A DNA stretch of 64,000 nucleotides from a virus, in the IMG/VR virus record IMGVR_UViG_3300033056_000001, positions 1 to 64,000 of that record. One strand, given 5' to 3'. Positions 14,818 through 24,581 of this stretch are shown here, piece by piece (position 1 is the first letter of the stretch; every line of letters starts with the position of its first letter). Made by a program: the position numbers and the translations under genes. Under the pieces are notes generated by a model that searched no databases, was not told the DNA's origin, and saw only the letters and a program-made list of their open reading frames with translations.

Positions 14818-16809
14818 TTAGAATTTAATAAAGTTACGCGGATTGACTGGGTTTTTCCAGCGTCCGTTATGAATCTCGAAGTGTAGATGCTGACCGGTTG
14901 ATCGTCCGGTATTACCCATTAATCCGATTTGCGTTCCTTGCGCTACTTTATCGCCGACTTTGAATCGACGTGAACCTTTGCGCATATGACCGTAAACTGT
15001 TTCGTATGTCTTGCCGTTAATGTTATGAACGATGAAAATAACCTCGCCATAACTTGCCGATACATACGATTTCGATACGGTTCCGCTTGCTGCCGCCTTA
15101 ATTGGAACGGTACCTGCTTTCGCGATATCAAGTCCTTCATGCGCTCTGCCCCAACGTTGCTTCATTTCGCTTGTGACCACGCCCTCGCACGGTCTTATGA
15201 ATCCGTTGCTGTTCGTAACCTTTCCGCCTGCGCTTGTCGTAGTTGTGACGGTTTTAGTTGAGCCTTCGTAGTAACGAAGTACGTGCGGAACGTAGTTAAC
15301 GTCGCCATAGCGTCTATAGCGATACTTCTTCGCCATTGCTGCGGAGAATGCTTTAACGTTAGTCATGTTGTAGCCGCCGCGTGCTTTTGCATATGCGATA
15401 AATCCTTGACCGAAGTTGTATGACTGCAACGCCAATTTGACTTCGCCGGCCTTTTTCAGAACTTGCGCGAAGTATTTAACGCCTTGCTTAATCGATGCTT
15501 CATATCGAAGTACGTTTCGGCCTAAACCGAGTGACTCTGACGATTGGAATAAATCCGGGTAACGTCCGCCAGACTCTTGCATCATTAACGCCAATAAAAG
15601 CTCCGTATAAGATTCGATTCCGTTAGCTCGCGCATATTTACGAACCGTTGGCTCCCATTTACGAACGATCTGCGGAACCTTCGCTCTGCCGCCTTTAATT
15701 GTCGTTGTAGTTGTCGTAGTTGTCCCGCTTGAACTTCCGTCAGAGCTTTCCGCTTTCTTCTCTTCCGGCGGATCGTAGTCTTCTTCGGCAATATCAAACG
15801 TACGTGATAACGTAAGAGACATTGTGTGATACCCGTCGGGACCGAAGTTGTGCGAGTCAGTGATAACGTAAAAAGCGCCGGAAATCTGCGTCATTGATTC
15901 GCGTACCAAAATTGACGTTCCGCTAATGACGTTTTCGATTCCGAGCGATTCGAGGTTGAACTCCTGCTCCGGCTTATTGATTCTCGGTAGCATGTTTTTC
16001 GCTAGGGCCTGCAGCCTTTTCGTATCTGTAATATCGCTGACGTGCTCGTAATGCTGCATCGTTCCATATACGTTCTTTGCGTTTTGATCGACTGTGAAAG
16101 CGTGAATCGGCTTATCCTCGTCACCGCCCGTCAAGCTAACTTGCGTCTTAACATCGTCCATATTCGAAGAATAACTGGCGCTAATTAAGTTCGCTCCATC
16201 TTCGATATACATGCGTGTTAACTGCTCCTTGCGTTCGACTAAATGTAAATAGCCGCCCTTCGACTGTAGTGAGAATTGGCGGTTGTTCTTTTTGCGCGTT
16301 TCAGTTAATGCGATAACAATTACGTCCCATAACGTTTTATCGCGAAGGATTAGTTTCGGTATTGCGTATCCAGTGTCCGAAATCTTACCCATCTTAATGC
16401 CGAACCTTTTACATACGTATTTAACGATGTCAGACGCCTTTTTATTATCAAACCTAAAACTATCGGAAACTTTCGTTAAGTAGTGGTTCGCATCATACGC
16501 CGTAATTGACTGTTCGCCTTGATCGTTGATTTCGTAGCTGAAGATGATTCCTTGAAACAGCTCGGTCCCGCCCGATAAGATTCGGATTCGACGGCCTAAT
16601 TTAAAAGCAACCGCGCGTGTCTCTCCATCTTTCGTATTCATTAGCGTAACGTCACATTTACGACTAGCTTGCGCCAAATCACCGGAAATCGTAACGCCCA
16701 TATTAGCGTCGTTCATAAAGACCGCTTTACTGCCTTCGTAGTAAATAACGCTTAGATTCGTACGGTCGGTATCGTAACCACTGTTAACGGTAACTTTTTT
16801 CGTAGCCAT
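14818..16809 (-). CDS. Tail hub (XkdQ-like) fused to a lysozyme-like muramidase and a Peptidase M23 domain (tail-associated lysin)
   Basis: 663 aa. N-terminal ~340 aa is hub-like. A Ser/Thr linker (SSDGSSSGTTTTTTTT) follows, then ELLLALMMQESGGRYPDLFQSSE (CwlT-type lysozyme-like), then HEGLDI...GNTGRSTGQHLHFEI (M23 HxxxD / HxH). Confidence 0.85.
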   Translation of the reverse strand: MATKKVTVNSGYDTDRTNLSVIYYEGSKAVFMNDANMGVTISGDLAQASRKCDVTLMNTKDGETRAVAFKLGRRIRILSGGTELFQGIIFSYEINDQGEQSITAYDANHYLTKVSDSFRFDNKKASDIVKYVCKRFGIKMGKISDTGYAIPKLILRDKTLWDVIVIALTETRKKNNRQFSLQSKGGYLHLVERKEQLTRMYIEDGANLISASYSSNMDDVKTQVSLTGGDEDKPIHAFTVDQNAKNVYGTMQHYEHVSDITDTKRLQALAKNMLPRINKPEQEFNLESLGIENVISGTSILVRESMTQISGAFYVITDSHNFGPDGYHTMSLTLSRTFDIAEEDYDPPEEKKAESSDGSSSGTTTTTTTTIKGGRAKVPQIVRKWEPTVRKYARANGIESYTELLLALMMQESGGRYPDLFQSSESLGLGRNVLRYEASIKQGVKYFAQVLKKAGEVKLALQSYNFGQGFIAYAKARGGYNMTNVKAFSAAMAKKYRYRRYGDVNYVPHVLRYYEGSTKTVTTTTSAGGKVTNSNGFIRPCEGVVTSEMKQRWGRAHEGLDIAKAGTVPIKAAASGTVSKSYVSASYGEVIFIVHNINGKTYETVYGHMRKGSRRFKVGDKVAQGTQIGLMGNTGRSTGQHLHFEIHNGRWKNPVNPRNFIKF

Positions 16810-17477
16810 TAAGGAATCACCAACTTCATACCGGCTTTGAGTCGATTCGGATTCTTACCGATTGTCTTTTTATTAGCGTCGTAGATTGTGCGCCATTTCT
16901 CGCCATTACCATAGTAGCGTTTCGCGATAATAAATAAGCTATCGTTCTTCTTAACGGTGTATGTGCGCTTCTTCGACGAGGTAGTTGTCGTCTTTTTCTT
17001 TGTGCTTGGCGGACGTGTCGCTTTTGGTTTCGACGTAACCTTCGTAGTTTCGTATCGAACTGGCAGCCATTTAAACTGCTTTAGCGTAATAGAGAAATAG
17101 ATGTCGCCACGGTTACCCGCACGTTCTACTTCGTAAGTGAAGTCGCGAACTGTTACGAGATAATTAATTTTCGAGCCAGTTACGATAAAGCGAATCGGCA
17201 ACTTACGGTCGCGCCACTTTTCGATGATTTCAACGTAAGTATAAGGCGCCTTGAATCCGCGATATTCGCAATATGATTCGTTGTAGTTTGCCGGAAAGAA
17301 CGTACCAAACGAAAACTCTTTAAGTCCACGATCACCGAAGATAGTTACTTCGCCGAGGTTAGCGACCGTTACATCGTTGAATCCAAACGGAGAAGTTACG
17401 TTGAGTGTGTCGGGATTGACCGGCAGTCGCACACGTTCGGTATTGCGTTCATTTGTTAACCAAAACTCAATTGCCAT
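16809..17477 (-). CDS. XkdP-like tail protein with C-terminal LysM domain
   Basis: The C-terminus YTVKKNDSLFIIAKRYYGNGEKWRTIYDANKKTIGKNPNRLKAGMKLVIP is a LysM domain. Located after the tape measure gene. Confidence 0.8.
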   Translation of the reverse strand: MAIEFWLTNERNTERVRLPVNPDTLNVTSPFGFNDVTVANLGEVTIFGDRGLKEFSFGTFFPANYNESYCEYRGFKAPYTYVEIIEKWRDRKLPIRFIVTGSKINYLVTVRDFTYEVERAGNRGDIYFSITLKQFKWLPVRYETTKVTSKPKATRPPSTKKKTTTTSSKKRTYTVKKNDSLFIIAKRYYGNGEKWRTIYDANKKTIGKNPNRLKAGMKLVIP

Positions 17478-19318
17478 TATGCGCCTGCCTCCCCTGCTAA
17501 GTAGATTTTTCGTGCTAGTGCTGACGCTAGTTTATCAACGTCTGCATCTTCGCGGATCGTTGTTCCGTTTAAGTTGATCGTTACGCCTCCACCTGTACCT
17601 TTCGCGAATTGGCGGTTTTCCTTCTTCGTCAAGACACGCTCGCCCTGGTGAAGTCGGTACATCATACCGTTACGTGGTACGTACGATTCGCCGTGGTAAG
17701 ACGATTTGTTTTTCTTCGACTTTGACTTCGACGGCCCCATTCCGGCTTTTGTGCTTGCGACACTTGGCGCTTTGAAATTTGGCATCTTAAACGACGATAC
17801 TGCGCTTGTGAACGCGTGGAATCTACCTTTAACTTTATCGATTACATTACCGATTGCGTTAAACGCTGAGGTACCTACCGCTTTGACTTTATCCCAGTTT
17901 TGACAAAGTTTAATACCGGTTGCGATAAGACCTCCGATAGGTCCGGAGAATGCTAGTATTTTCGTAATGAGACTTCCGAATTTAGACCATAATTGCTGTG
18001 CCTTTGCCTTAACGGTATCCCAGTTACGATAAAGAGCTACACCAATAGCTATCAAGGCTGCGATTGCTGCGATTACTAGTCCGATAGGGTTAGCTAGTAA
18101 AGCGACGTTGAATCCCATTTGCGCTGCGGTTGCGAGTAACGTTCCGGCTCGATATGCTGCCATTAACGTATTAATAGTTTGAATAATCGTCAGTGCCGCC
18201 ATTGCTCCACGGAAAACAACTACTGCAGTCGTTACGCCGACAATCGTTTCTTGTACAAGTGTCCAGTTTTGAACGATGAAATCACCGACCTGTTTCGCTT
18301 TGTCGTACATGAACTTTAACGCGTCACCAACCGGCGCCAATAACGATTGTGTCGATTGAAAATTCGCTTTAATCGTAGGCCAGTTCGTTTTGATGTAATC
18401 GGAGAACTTCGCTGCTTCAGCGCCGAGGAACGAGAACGCTGTACCCATCGACTTGAAGAATCCGTCTAGTGCTCCGTCACTGACCGCGTTTTTAATATCA
18501 ACGATAATCGGTTTTAGCGACTTCAACGCCTCGAAACCGACTGCTCGGAATTTCATCGATAGAGCTTCTTTAATCTGCGTAATGTATCCTAACGACGTGC
18601 TACCCATCGCGGTTACGAGTTTGTTCGTCATACCCATTTTGTTGTACAACTTATCGAGTTCTTTTAACTGCTGATCTAACGGAAGGTTCTTGATGTCGTT
18701 CAGCGCTTTACGCGGCATCTCGAATCGCTCAACCATCGACTGCGTATCGCCGCTCATTAACTCCTTCATCGCCATTACTGCGCCTTCAACACCCTGTTTC
18801 GGATCTACTGCGAGTAATCGTTCCGTTAAATTCCATATTTGTTCGAGTTGCTTAACATCCTTCGTCTGTGAGATAAACGATTTAGAATTCGAGAACATTT
18901 CCGATGAATCTAAAACGGGGGATTTGATTGCGAACGAGTTTAACATTTTCTGATAGTCTTTTGAAAGTTTCTTATCGTCAAACATTGCGTCGATAGTTAC
19001 TTGCGATTGTTCCATTTTCATCGCTTCGCCGACGGTGGCTTGCAACGTTTTATAAGCGCCTGCTGCCGTTATTACTCCTGCGGATAAAGCTCCGATACTC
19101 TTCAACGCTGAACCTGCGCTACTGCTAAAGTTAGATAAACCGCCAGACGCACCGTGTGTTGATCGTGTAAATCGACCCATCGAATCGTGCAATCGACCGT
19201 TAGCGTCACGGAAAGTGTTGGCTGTCCGCTGTGCATTTCTAAGAGAGTTGTTAACGTTGCGCAAACCACGCGACATATTATCTCTAAGCGTTAAGACTGC
19301 GGTTAAATCGTACGCCAA
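17477..19318 (-). CDS. Tail tape measure protein
   Basis: 613 aa, helical, with a hydrophobic glycine/alanine-rich central segment. TTG start preceded by GAGAGGAGG. Follows the chaperone frameshift pair. Confidence 0.85.
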   Translation of the reverse strand: MAYDLTAVLTLRDNMSRGLRNVNNSLRNAQRTANTFRDANGRLHDSMGRFTRSTHGASGGLSNFSSSAGSALKSIGALSAGVITAAGAYKTLQATVGEAMKMEQSQVTIDAMFDDKKLSKDYQKMLNSFAIKSPVLDSSEMFSNSKSFISQTKDVKQLEQIWNLTERLLAVDPKQGVEGAVMAMKELMSGDTQSMVERFEMPRKALNDIKNLPLDQQLKELDKLYNKMGMTNKLVTAMGSTSLGYITQIKEALSMKFRAVGFEALKSLKPIIVDIKNAVSDGALDGFFKSMGTAFSFLGAEAAKFSDYIKTNWPTIKANFQSTQSLLAPVGDALKFMYDKAKQVGDFIVQNWTLVQETIVGVTTAVVVFRGAMAALTIIQTINTLMAAYRAGTLLATAAQMGFNVALLANPIGLVIAAIAALIAIGVALYRNWDTVKAKAQQLWSKFGSLITKILAFSGPIGGLIATGIKLCQNWDKVKAVGTSAFNAIGNVIDKVKGRFHAFTSAVSSFKMPNFKAPSVASTKAGMGPSKSKSKKNKSSYHGESYVPRNGMMYRLHQGERVLTKKENRQFAKGTGGGVTINLNGTTIREDADVDKLASALARKIYLAGEAGA

Positions 19319-19866
19319 TTATTTCGACCTCCTCTCTGCCTCTTTTCTCGCTTTCTCTTCGTCTTCGTTACGGACAGCAATCGATGCGTAACTCATTAAG
19401 CGTTGCTTCTTAGTCCACGTATAAATCTCATGCATCGGAATGTTGTAATGCTGCGAAATTACGTGAATCGTCCACGCTTCGTCACTGTCCCTGATTATTT
19501 TTTTGCTTGCGCTAGGGTTGTATCAAATCCGCTGATGTCCATAATTTTCTCGACTACTTTAGCGATTTCGCCAACTTTAAGCGCTTTGTTAACGCAGTCG
19601 CTCGCTTCAGCAGCTCCGTAATGTTTAAGTAATGCCGCATCGTCGAAGTTAGGCTCAACACAGCTTCTGGCGATAATTAAGTTGTTAAGTTCCTTCTGTT
19701 TTAACTCACCGTCATACGTAGCTTCTTCTTGCGCCTGTTCAAATACGTCCTGGTCTAGCGCTTTAACGATGAAATCTGCGTCCAATCGTTTAATATAAAC
19801 CGTATCTTGTACGTCTGGATTTGCGCTCAATAATGCCTCTAATGCGTTAGGTTTGTTCGTTGCCAT
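19319..19866 (-). CDS. Tail assembly chaperone, -1 frameshifted long product (about 182 aa)
   Basis: The -1 frame is open for 59 codons from the A AAA AAA slippery site to a TAA at 19319..19321 (IIRDSDEAWTIHVISQHYNIPMHEIYTWTKKQRLMSYASIAVRNEDEEKARKEAERRSK). It ends just before the tape measure start. Confidence 0.6.
19495..19866 (-). CDS. Tail assembly chaperone, XkdN-like (short, in-frame product)
   Basis: 123 aa, between the tube and tape measure genes. Ends ...AQAKK on an A7 run. Confidence 0.7.
   Translation of the reverse strand: MATNKPNALEALLSANPDVQDTVYIKRLDADFIVKALDQDVFEQAQEEATYDGELKQKELNNLIIARSCVEPNFDDAALLKHYGAAEASDCVNKALKVGEIAKVVEKIMDISGFDTTLAQAKK
19498..19504 (-). promoter_or_regulatory. 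Programmed -1 ribosomal frameshift slippery heptamer A_AAA_AAA
   Basis: Seven consecutive T on the plus strand immediately 5' of the TAA stop, in X_XXY_YYZ register with the chaperone frame. Confidence 0.6.
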
Positions 19867-19924
19867 CTATAATCATCCTTTCGGTTGCTTTCGAATTTAA
19901 AAGCGAGCCGAAGCCCGCCGTGTC

Positions 19925-20344
19925 TTATACGTACATGAATCGAGTGAATGTGAACGGAAGTTCTTCTTCAACGATTGAGCCGACTTCGTAGTTCAAAATC
20001 GGAATCGTATTGAATTGAACGCCTTTCACACGAATATAAGCCTTTGATTCAGGGCTTTCCGGATCATTAATTCCGAACAGCAGCTCCGTAACAAAGGCTC
20101 CTTTTGCGTCGTTTGTAATTTGCGAGATTGCTTTGATTAGTTCATGCGTAACTTTGTAATTCGTAATTGTGCCTGTATATTCAATCGTCGTCGCTTTTTT
20201 ACCAACTGCGCGAGTGCCGGAGCGAACGATATCTTCGTAGTTAATTTCCGCTTGTAATTCAACGCCTTTAGCATTCGTCATCCATTTACCGTTATAGTAA
20301 ACTTTGCAGAATGAGCCGTTGATAGTTTTAGTAGCATCTAACAA
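19925..20344 (-). CDS. Tail tube protein (XkdM-like)
   Basis: 139 aa, directly downstream of the sheath gene. Size and position as in PBSX-like contractile tails. Confidence 0.75.
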   Translation of the reverse strand: MLDATKTINGSFCKVYYNGKWMTNAKGVELQAEINYEDIVRSGTRAVGKKATTIEYTGTITNYKVTHELIKAISQITNDAKGAFVTELLFGINDPESPESKAYIRVKGVQFNTIPILNYEVGSIVEEELPFTFTRFMYV

Positions 20345-20359
20345 TTAAGCCGCCTCCTT

Positions 20360-21424
20360 TTAAAGTTGAATGTTAATGAAGATGCGTTCCATCGAATCGA
20401 CTTCGGTATAACTGATAAGTAAGAACACTGCGTCGCCGACTGACTCTTTCGTTGGATCTAGGCGAACTGCAGGCGTATCGTCTTCGTCGGGAAGGATTAA
20501 TACATCTTCGTTTTCAAGCGTCTCTAAGTACGCTGTAATAGCTGCGATTAAAGCGACCTGTCCTGCTTCGTTGTTCGAAAGTTGGCCGATAAAGTTATCG
20601 CGTGCTGCTTTCGCAAGGTCAGTCGAGATTGCTTGGCGCGCACGAATAGAACGGATTTTCTTTCCGCTCGTCGTTAAGCCTTGTTCGATTTTTGCTTTCT
20701 CGCCGTCATGCGAAATAACTAATGAGCCCGCTTGAAGCGCTGCTTTGATTTCGCTGTTACGTAAGCGTTTAGTAACGTCGTCAATCGGAAGGACCGCATA
20801 AGTAATCGATTGGTTAATCTGCTTACCTGCGATAAGACCTGCGATATAAGGCGCATACTCTCGCGATGGGTAATTAATTCCGGAAACGTTTCCGCCTACG
20901 ATGAGATTTACGGAATAGTCGTCTTCTAATCGTGCTGAACGAGCGTTACCTAGTGTCGGATCTAAGTCCGTAGTTGCATCGCTGCCGAATACGACCATAA
21001 AATGCTTACCTTCGCCCGCATTCGTTTTACACCAAGTAAGCGTGCTGTCTTCTTGTGCGTCCGCCGCGCCTTTCGGATAAACGAATACATTGAACGGGCG
21101 TGCTTCGAATGCGTTTCGCATTGTAACGAAGTCTGCATCCGCTGGCGTTGCTGGCATCGTATAAACTAAAACTTCTGCTGCGCCTGCTTGAAGCGCAAAC
21201 TTAATCGGCTGTACGTTAGCAGAACCGAATAAAGTAACCGCGTCTGCCTCGTTCTCAACTGTGTAAAATTGTTTCGCTGTAGCTGATCCGCCTGTATACG
21301 TAAATAAAGGCATTGCTACGATTCCGCGGTCGCCACCGTTAATCTGAGCAATTGCCGCTTCTTCGAAATTGACATACAAACCTGGGCGAATCGGTAAATT
21401 CGTTGGATCCCATTGAGCTGCCAT
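20360..21424 (-). CDS. Contractile tail sheath protein (XkdK-like)
   Basis: 354 aa. N-terminus WDPTNLPIRPGLYVNFEEAA is typical of small sheath proteins. Followed by the tube gene. Confidence 0.85.
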   Translation of the reverse strand: MAAQWDPTNLPIRPGLYVNFEEAAIAQINGGDRGIVAMPLFTYTGGSATAKQFYTVENEADAVTLFGSANVQPIKFALQAGAAEVLVYTMPATPADADFVTMRNAFEARPFNVFVYPKGAADAQEDSTLTWCKTNAGEGKHFMVVFGSDATTDLDPTLGNARSARLEDDYSVNLIVGGNVSGINYPSREYAPYIAGLIAGKQINQSITYAVLPIDDVTKRLRNSEIKAALQAGSLVISHDGEKAKIEQGLTTSGKKIRSIRARQAISTDLAKAARDNFIGQLSNNEAGQVALIAAITAYLETLENEDVLILPDEDDTPAVRLDPTKESVGDAVFLLISYTEVDSMERIFINIQL

Positions 21425-21443
21425 CGAATCACTCCTTATCGTT

Positions 21444-22007
21444 TTATAGGAACTTTCCGCCTTCTAAATCGCGCATTCTAAAGGACTCGACTTCATTCAT
21501 CGTCATGTCGTCCGAAGTATCGTCCGGCGTTAACGAACCGTCTAGTCGTCCCCATTGCGCATAGTCTGCGGTTGTTTTAATCTCAATACGTTGAACAGTC
21601 GGAGCTTCATCTTTCGGAGTTGCGCCTTTACGCGTCGTCCCGACTAAAACGCCAATTACAGCGTCAAGATTGTCCGCCGTCTTGAACGGTTGAGAAAAAG
21701 AAAGAGACTCGACGGTTAAGTAGCGAGTCCCTTCAATCGGTATCTTTATTACGTTGTTGAATCGGTCTGTCAGCGCGTCAATTTTCGTTAGTAAATCAAC
21801 GTTGCTGAGTCCGAAGTAAACTATTTGATATTCGCGATTCAATACGTAGCTTGCGGACGTATCTACGCCGGAGTTCATTCGCTGAACACGTACGCAGATT
21901 TCGCCTTTAACCGGCTTTTCGGGTACGTATTGCTTGTTAACTTTGAGCGTAGGGAAGTCCGTTTTGATGACGTCTGATATCGCGTTGATTTCATCGATTA
22001 AGCCCAC
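21444..22007 (-). CDS. Tail completion/terminator-position protein (unknown family)
   Basis: 187 aa, between the HK97 gp10-like gene and the sheath gene. Called from position only. Confidence 0.4.
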   Translation of the reverse strand: MGLIDEINAISDVIKTDFPTLKVNKQYVPEKPVKGEICVRVQRMNSGVDTSASYVLNREYQIVYFGLSNVDLLTKIDALTDRFNNVIKIPIEGTRYLTVESLSFSQPFKTADNLDAVIGVLVGTTRKGATPKDEAPTVQRIEIKTTADYAQWGRLDGSLTPDDTSDDMTMNEVESFRMRDLEGGKFL

Positions 22008-22010
22008 GTA

Positions 22011-22433
22011 TTAAAACCCCCTTCGCCTAGCTGCTTCACGTAGGTCGTTTTCAAGCCAACGCATCCACTCCGCCTCACGCTCTTGCGCCGGTTCGTCGAG
22101 AAACTTTAACGATGTGCCTTGCGTTGACAGATTCGTAGAACTCGGCGCTTCTTCGTGTAAGTAGTAACCGTAATTAAATCGACCATATCCACGTGAACTG
22201 TTTGTCGCATTGCCGGTTACGATAACCTTCGAATTAGTGCCGTTCCCTTCTACTGTTCCGTTAATTTGGCGTCGTAAGTTTCCGTCGTCTAACGGGGCTA
22301 CATCGCGAGATTTCTGAACCCAGTCGTCTTTGATTTCGTCCATTGTGCCGTGAAGCGATCTTTGCGCCTCATCCTCGAATCCTCTTAGCGCTCGCATCAA
22401 TCCGGTTAGGTCTAGCTCTAAGTCACGCGCCAT
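22011..22433 (-). CDS. HK97 gp10-like head-tail joining protein
   Basis: 140 aa. LDLTGLMRALRGFEDEAQRSL...DWVQKSRDVAPLDDGNLRRQI resembles the HK97-gp10 family. Confidence 0.6.
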   Translation of the reverse strand: MARDLELDLTGLMRALRGFEDEAQRSLHGTMDEIKDDWVQKSRDVAPLDDGNLRRQINGTVEGNGTNSKVIVTGNATNSSRGYGRFNYGYYLHEEAPSSTNLSTQGTSLKFLDEPAQEREAEWMRWLENDLREAARRRGF

Positions 22434-22750
22434 TATACATACACCTGCGTCAGTGTCGCTTTACCATTCGGCATACGAATCGGTTTGATTTTTATCGGAG
22501 TTCGTTTGACTGTCACGCCTAGTTCATTCGTATAACTGATTTCGTCGTCATAACGTATATCCGGTAACTTATCGAAAAGGAACGATACTTCCGAAACAGA
22601 CTCTTCGCCTAATTGGTTTTGTACCGTGGCCGTCGTTTCTTCAGCACGACATTTAAGCGTAAATTCAACCGGTTCGCTTCCGTTTCCCCAGTCGTCCTTT
22701 ACGCCTTGCCGAATAATAGTGGCCGTTTGCTTTAACGGGATTAACGCCAT
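22433..22750 (-). CDS. Head closure / head-tail adaptor protein (putative)
   Basis: 105 aa. Called from position and size in the connector module. Overlapping start and stop with its neighbours. Confidence 0.45.
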   Translation of the reverse strand: MALIPLKQTATIIRQGVKDDWGNGSEPVEFTLKCRAEETTATVQNQLGEESVSEVSFLFDKLPDIRYDDEISYTNELGVTVKRTPIKIKPIRMPNGKATLTQVYV

Positions 22751-23143
22751 TTACAGCACCGTCCATTTCGCAGTTCGCGCTCGACTAACGCCCAGCATTT
22801 CGTATACTTCGTCGGGAATAAAACCCGCTAAATCTACCGGTGCGCCGTTCTTCGAGCCGATTCCATCCTTGAACGTGAAGTTAATGCCGGAAACTCCGAA
22901 ACTAGCGACGCCCTGCTGCGCCATTTTGTTCGTGTCGTTGAAGATTGCGCCGAGGGCAGCGCCAAACAGATAATAGGCTTCGTTGGGGATTTCGATATCT
23001 TTGAACTTGCGGTCGATTGTCCGCTTGCTAACGTTGAGTAACATTTGCTTGCGATCGTCGTCCGAGTCGAGGAAATCTTCGTTATCAATTGCGTTAAATT
23101 TGATATAGTCGTTGGCTTCCGCTAAATTCCACACGTAAAGCAC
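22751..23143 (-). CDS. Head-tail connector protein (putative)
   Basis: 130 aa, first of the connector genes after the capsid. Called from position only. Confidence 0.4.
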   Translation of the reverse strand: MLYVWNLAEANDYIKFNAIDNEDFLDSDDDRKQMLLNVSKRTIDRKFKDIEIPNEAYYLFGAALGAIFNDTNKMAQQGVASFGVSGINFTFKDGIGSKNGAPVDLAGFIPDEVYEMLGVSRARTAKWTVL

Positions 23144-23153
23144 CTCCGTTTAT

Positions 23154-23375
23154 TTATTTTGCGGAGGGTTTGCGTGCTGTCTTCGGCTTGGCCGCCGGTT
23201 TCGCCTCCGCTTTTGGTTCGTCGACGCGTTGAACGTCTACTAGCGATTCAAGTTCTGCGATGATAGCTTCGTCTTCAGTTACGAAACGACCGTCGTTAAA
23301 TTTGTGAAACTCTTCGCCTACATAAAAGCCAAGTGATAAGTAATGCGATTTAAATTCTGCCAAGATATTCACCAC
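23154..23375 (-). CDS. Small protein with Lys/Ala/Pro-rich tail (capsid-associated?)
   Basis: 73 aa ending KAEAKPAAKPKTARKPSAK. AGGTGG RBS. Start uncertain (GTG at 23375 or a TTG 12 nt downstream). Confidence 0.4.
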   Translation of the reverse strand: MVNILAEFKSHYLSLGFYVGEEFHKFNDGRFVTEDEAIIAELESLVDVQRVDEPKAEAKPAAKPKTARKPSAK

Positions 23376-23377
23376 CT

Positions 23378-23410
23378 AAAAGAAAAGCCCGCAGAATCAA
23401 CTGCGAGCCG
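23378..23410 (-). terminator. Intrinsic (probably partial) terminator after the major capsid gene
   Basis: Minus strand reads GGCTCGCAG-ttgatt-CTGCGGGCT followed by TTTCTTTT. Confidence 0.5.
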
Positions 23411-23420
23411 TTTGTATTAA

Positions 23421-24503
23421 TTAGTTAAGTCCTTTAAGACGTCCGTGTGCTTTCTCTTGTTTGAATTCTAATGTGTATTCCCCAACTAACATACCAACAG
23501 TGTAGTCACCTTTGTCTCCCATGAATTTGTGGAAGAATTCGCGTCCTACTAGTGGGCGGATAGCCATACGGTTAGTATCAACGAATAGTAACTCGTCAGC
23601 AGCCAAGTTGTTGTTTAACGCGATTTCGAATTGACCGAAGTCATTGATTAACGTGTCAACTACTTCACCACGTGAGTTTTCGCTGCGTCCGATTTGTACT
23701 TTGTTAGTATCTAGCGCAGAAAGTTTACGTTTTTGTTTAGCGCCTACGATTACTTTGTAGTCTCCGCCAGTAGCGAAACCGCCAGCTTCGTAGATTGATT
23801 GTCCTAAGTTAGTTACAGCGTCTAAAGTTAATGCGCCGTTAACGTTTGTTACGTTAGATTGGATGAATTGACGGATACCCTTCATTTGACGGATTTGACC
23901 GTTTTCGTATTGGATACCGTTGATTAATGCTTTTTCTAATTGAAGCGCAAGCTCAACTTGTTTCTTTTGTTTCTCGTACTCGTATAAGTCACCGATTCCG
24001 TATTGTTGAACCGCTGCAGCTGTACCAGAGATTTCAACAGCGTCATCAAAGATTTGAGTTTTGTTAGACTTCGGAACGCGTGCTTTGTAACGAGCTCCAC
24101 GAACGTCAGCACCCTCTTGGCCTTCAACGAATTGAACTTCGATTTTAGCTCCGTCAGCGATTGCTGCTGCAGTAGTTCCAGCATATCCGCGAGTAACAGT
24201 TAAAGTAGTACCTGAAACAGCAGTAACAAGTAATAACTCTTCGCCGATTTTAACAACGTGACCAACACGGAAAGGCTCAGCGCTTGCAACTACAACAGAA
24301 GTGTCAGAAACTAATTTAGCGCCTGCTACTGTTGATTCGTCAGAGATCATTTCATCTTCGAACCATTGGTGTGTAGTTTGCGTTACAGCTTCAGAGAAAC
24401 CTAATAATGAAAGTAAAGGTGTTTGATGTGGATTTAATAAAAGAATTTCATCTACTACCGACTGCTTCTTACCAATTAGACTAGCATCATAAATTTTTGC
24501 CAT
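23421..24503 (-). CDS. Major capsid protein (HK97 fold, DUF5309/SU10-like family)
   Basis: 360 aa. N-terminus YDASLIGKKQSVVDEILLLNPHQTPLLSLLGF...THQWFEDEM is characteristic. Preceded by the scaffold gene. Strong RBS and biased codon usage. Confidence 0.85.
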   Translation of the reverse strand: MAKIYDASLIGKKQSVVDEILLLNPHQTPLLSLLGFSEAVTQTTHQWFEDEMISDESTVAGAKLVSDTSVVVASAEPFRVGHVVKIGEELLLVTAVSGTTLTVTRGYAGTTAAAIADGAKIEVQFVEGQEGADVRGARYKARVPKSNKTQIFDDAVEISGTAAAVQQYGIGDLYEYEKQKKQVELALQLEKALINGIQYENGQIRQMKGIRQFIQSNVTNVNGALTLDAVTNLGQSIYEAGGFATGGDYKVIVGAKQKRKLSALDTNKVQIGRSENSRGEVVDTLINDFGQFEIALNNNLAADELLFVDTNRMAIRPLVGREFFHKFMGDKGDYTVGMLVGEYTLEFKQEKAHGRLKGLN

Positions 24504-24540
24504 GTGAGTGAATCCCCCTGTAATTTAAAGTTTTTAGAAT

Positions 24541-24566
24541 TAAAAAAGACGCCTAAAAAGGCGCCT
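24541..24566 (-). terminator. Hairpin plus U-tract between the scaffold and capsid genes
   Basis: Minus strand reads GGCGCC-ttttta-GGCGTC followed by TTTTTTAATT. Confidence 0.45.
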
Positions 24567-24581
24567 GCTTAAACGTTGATA

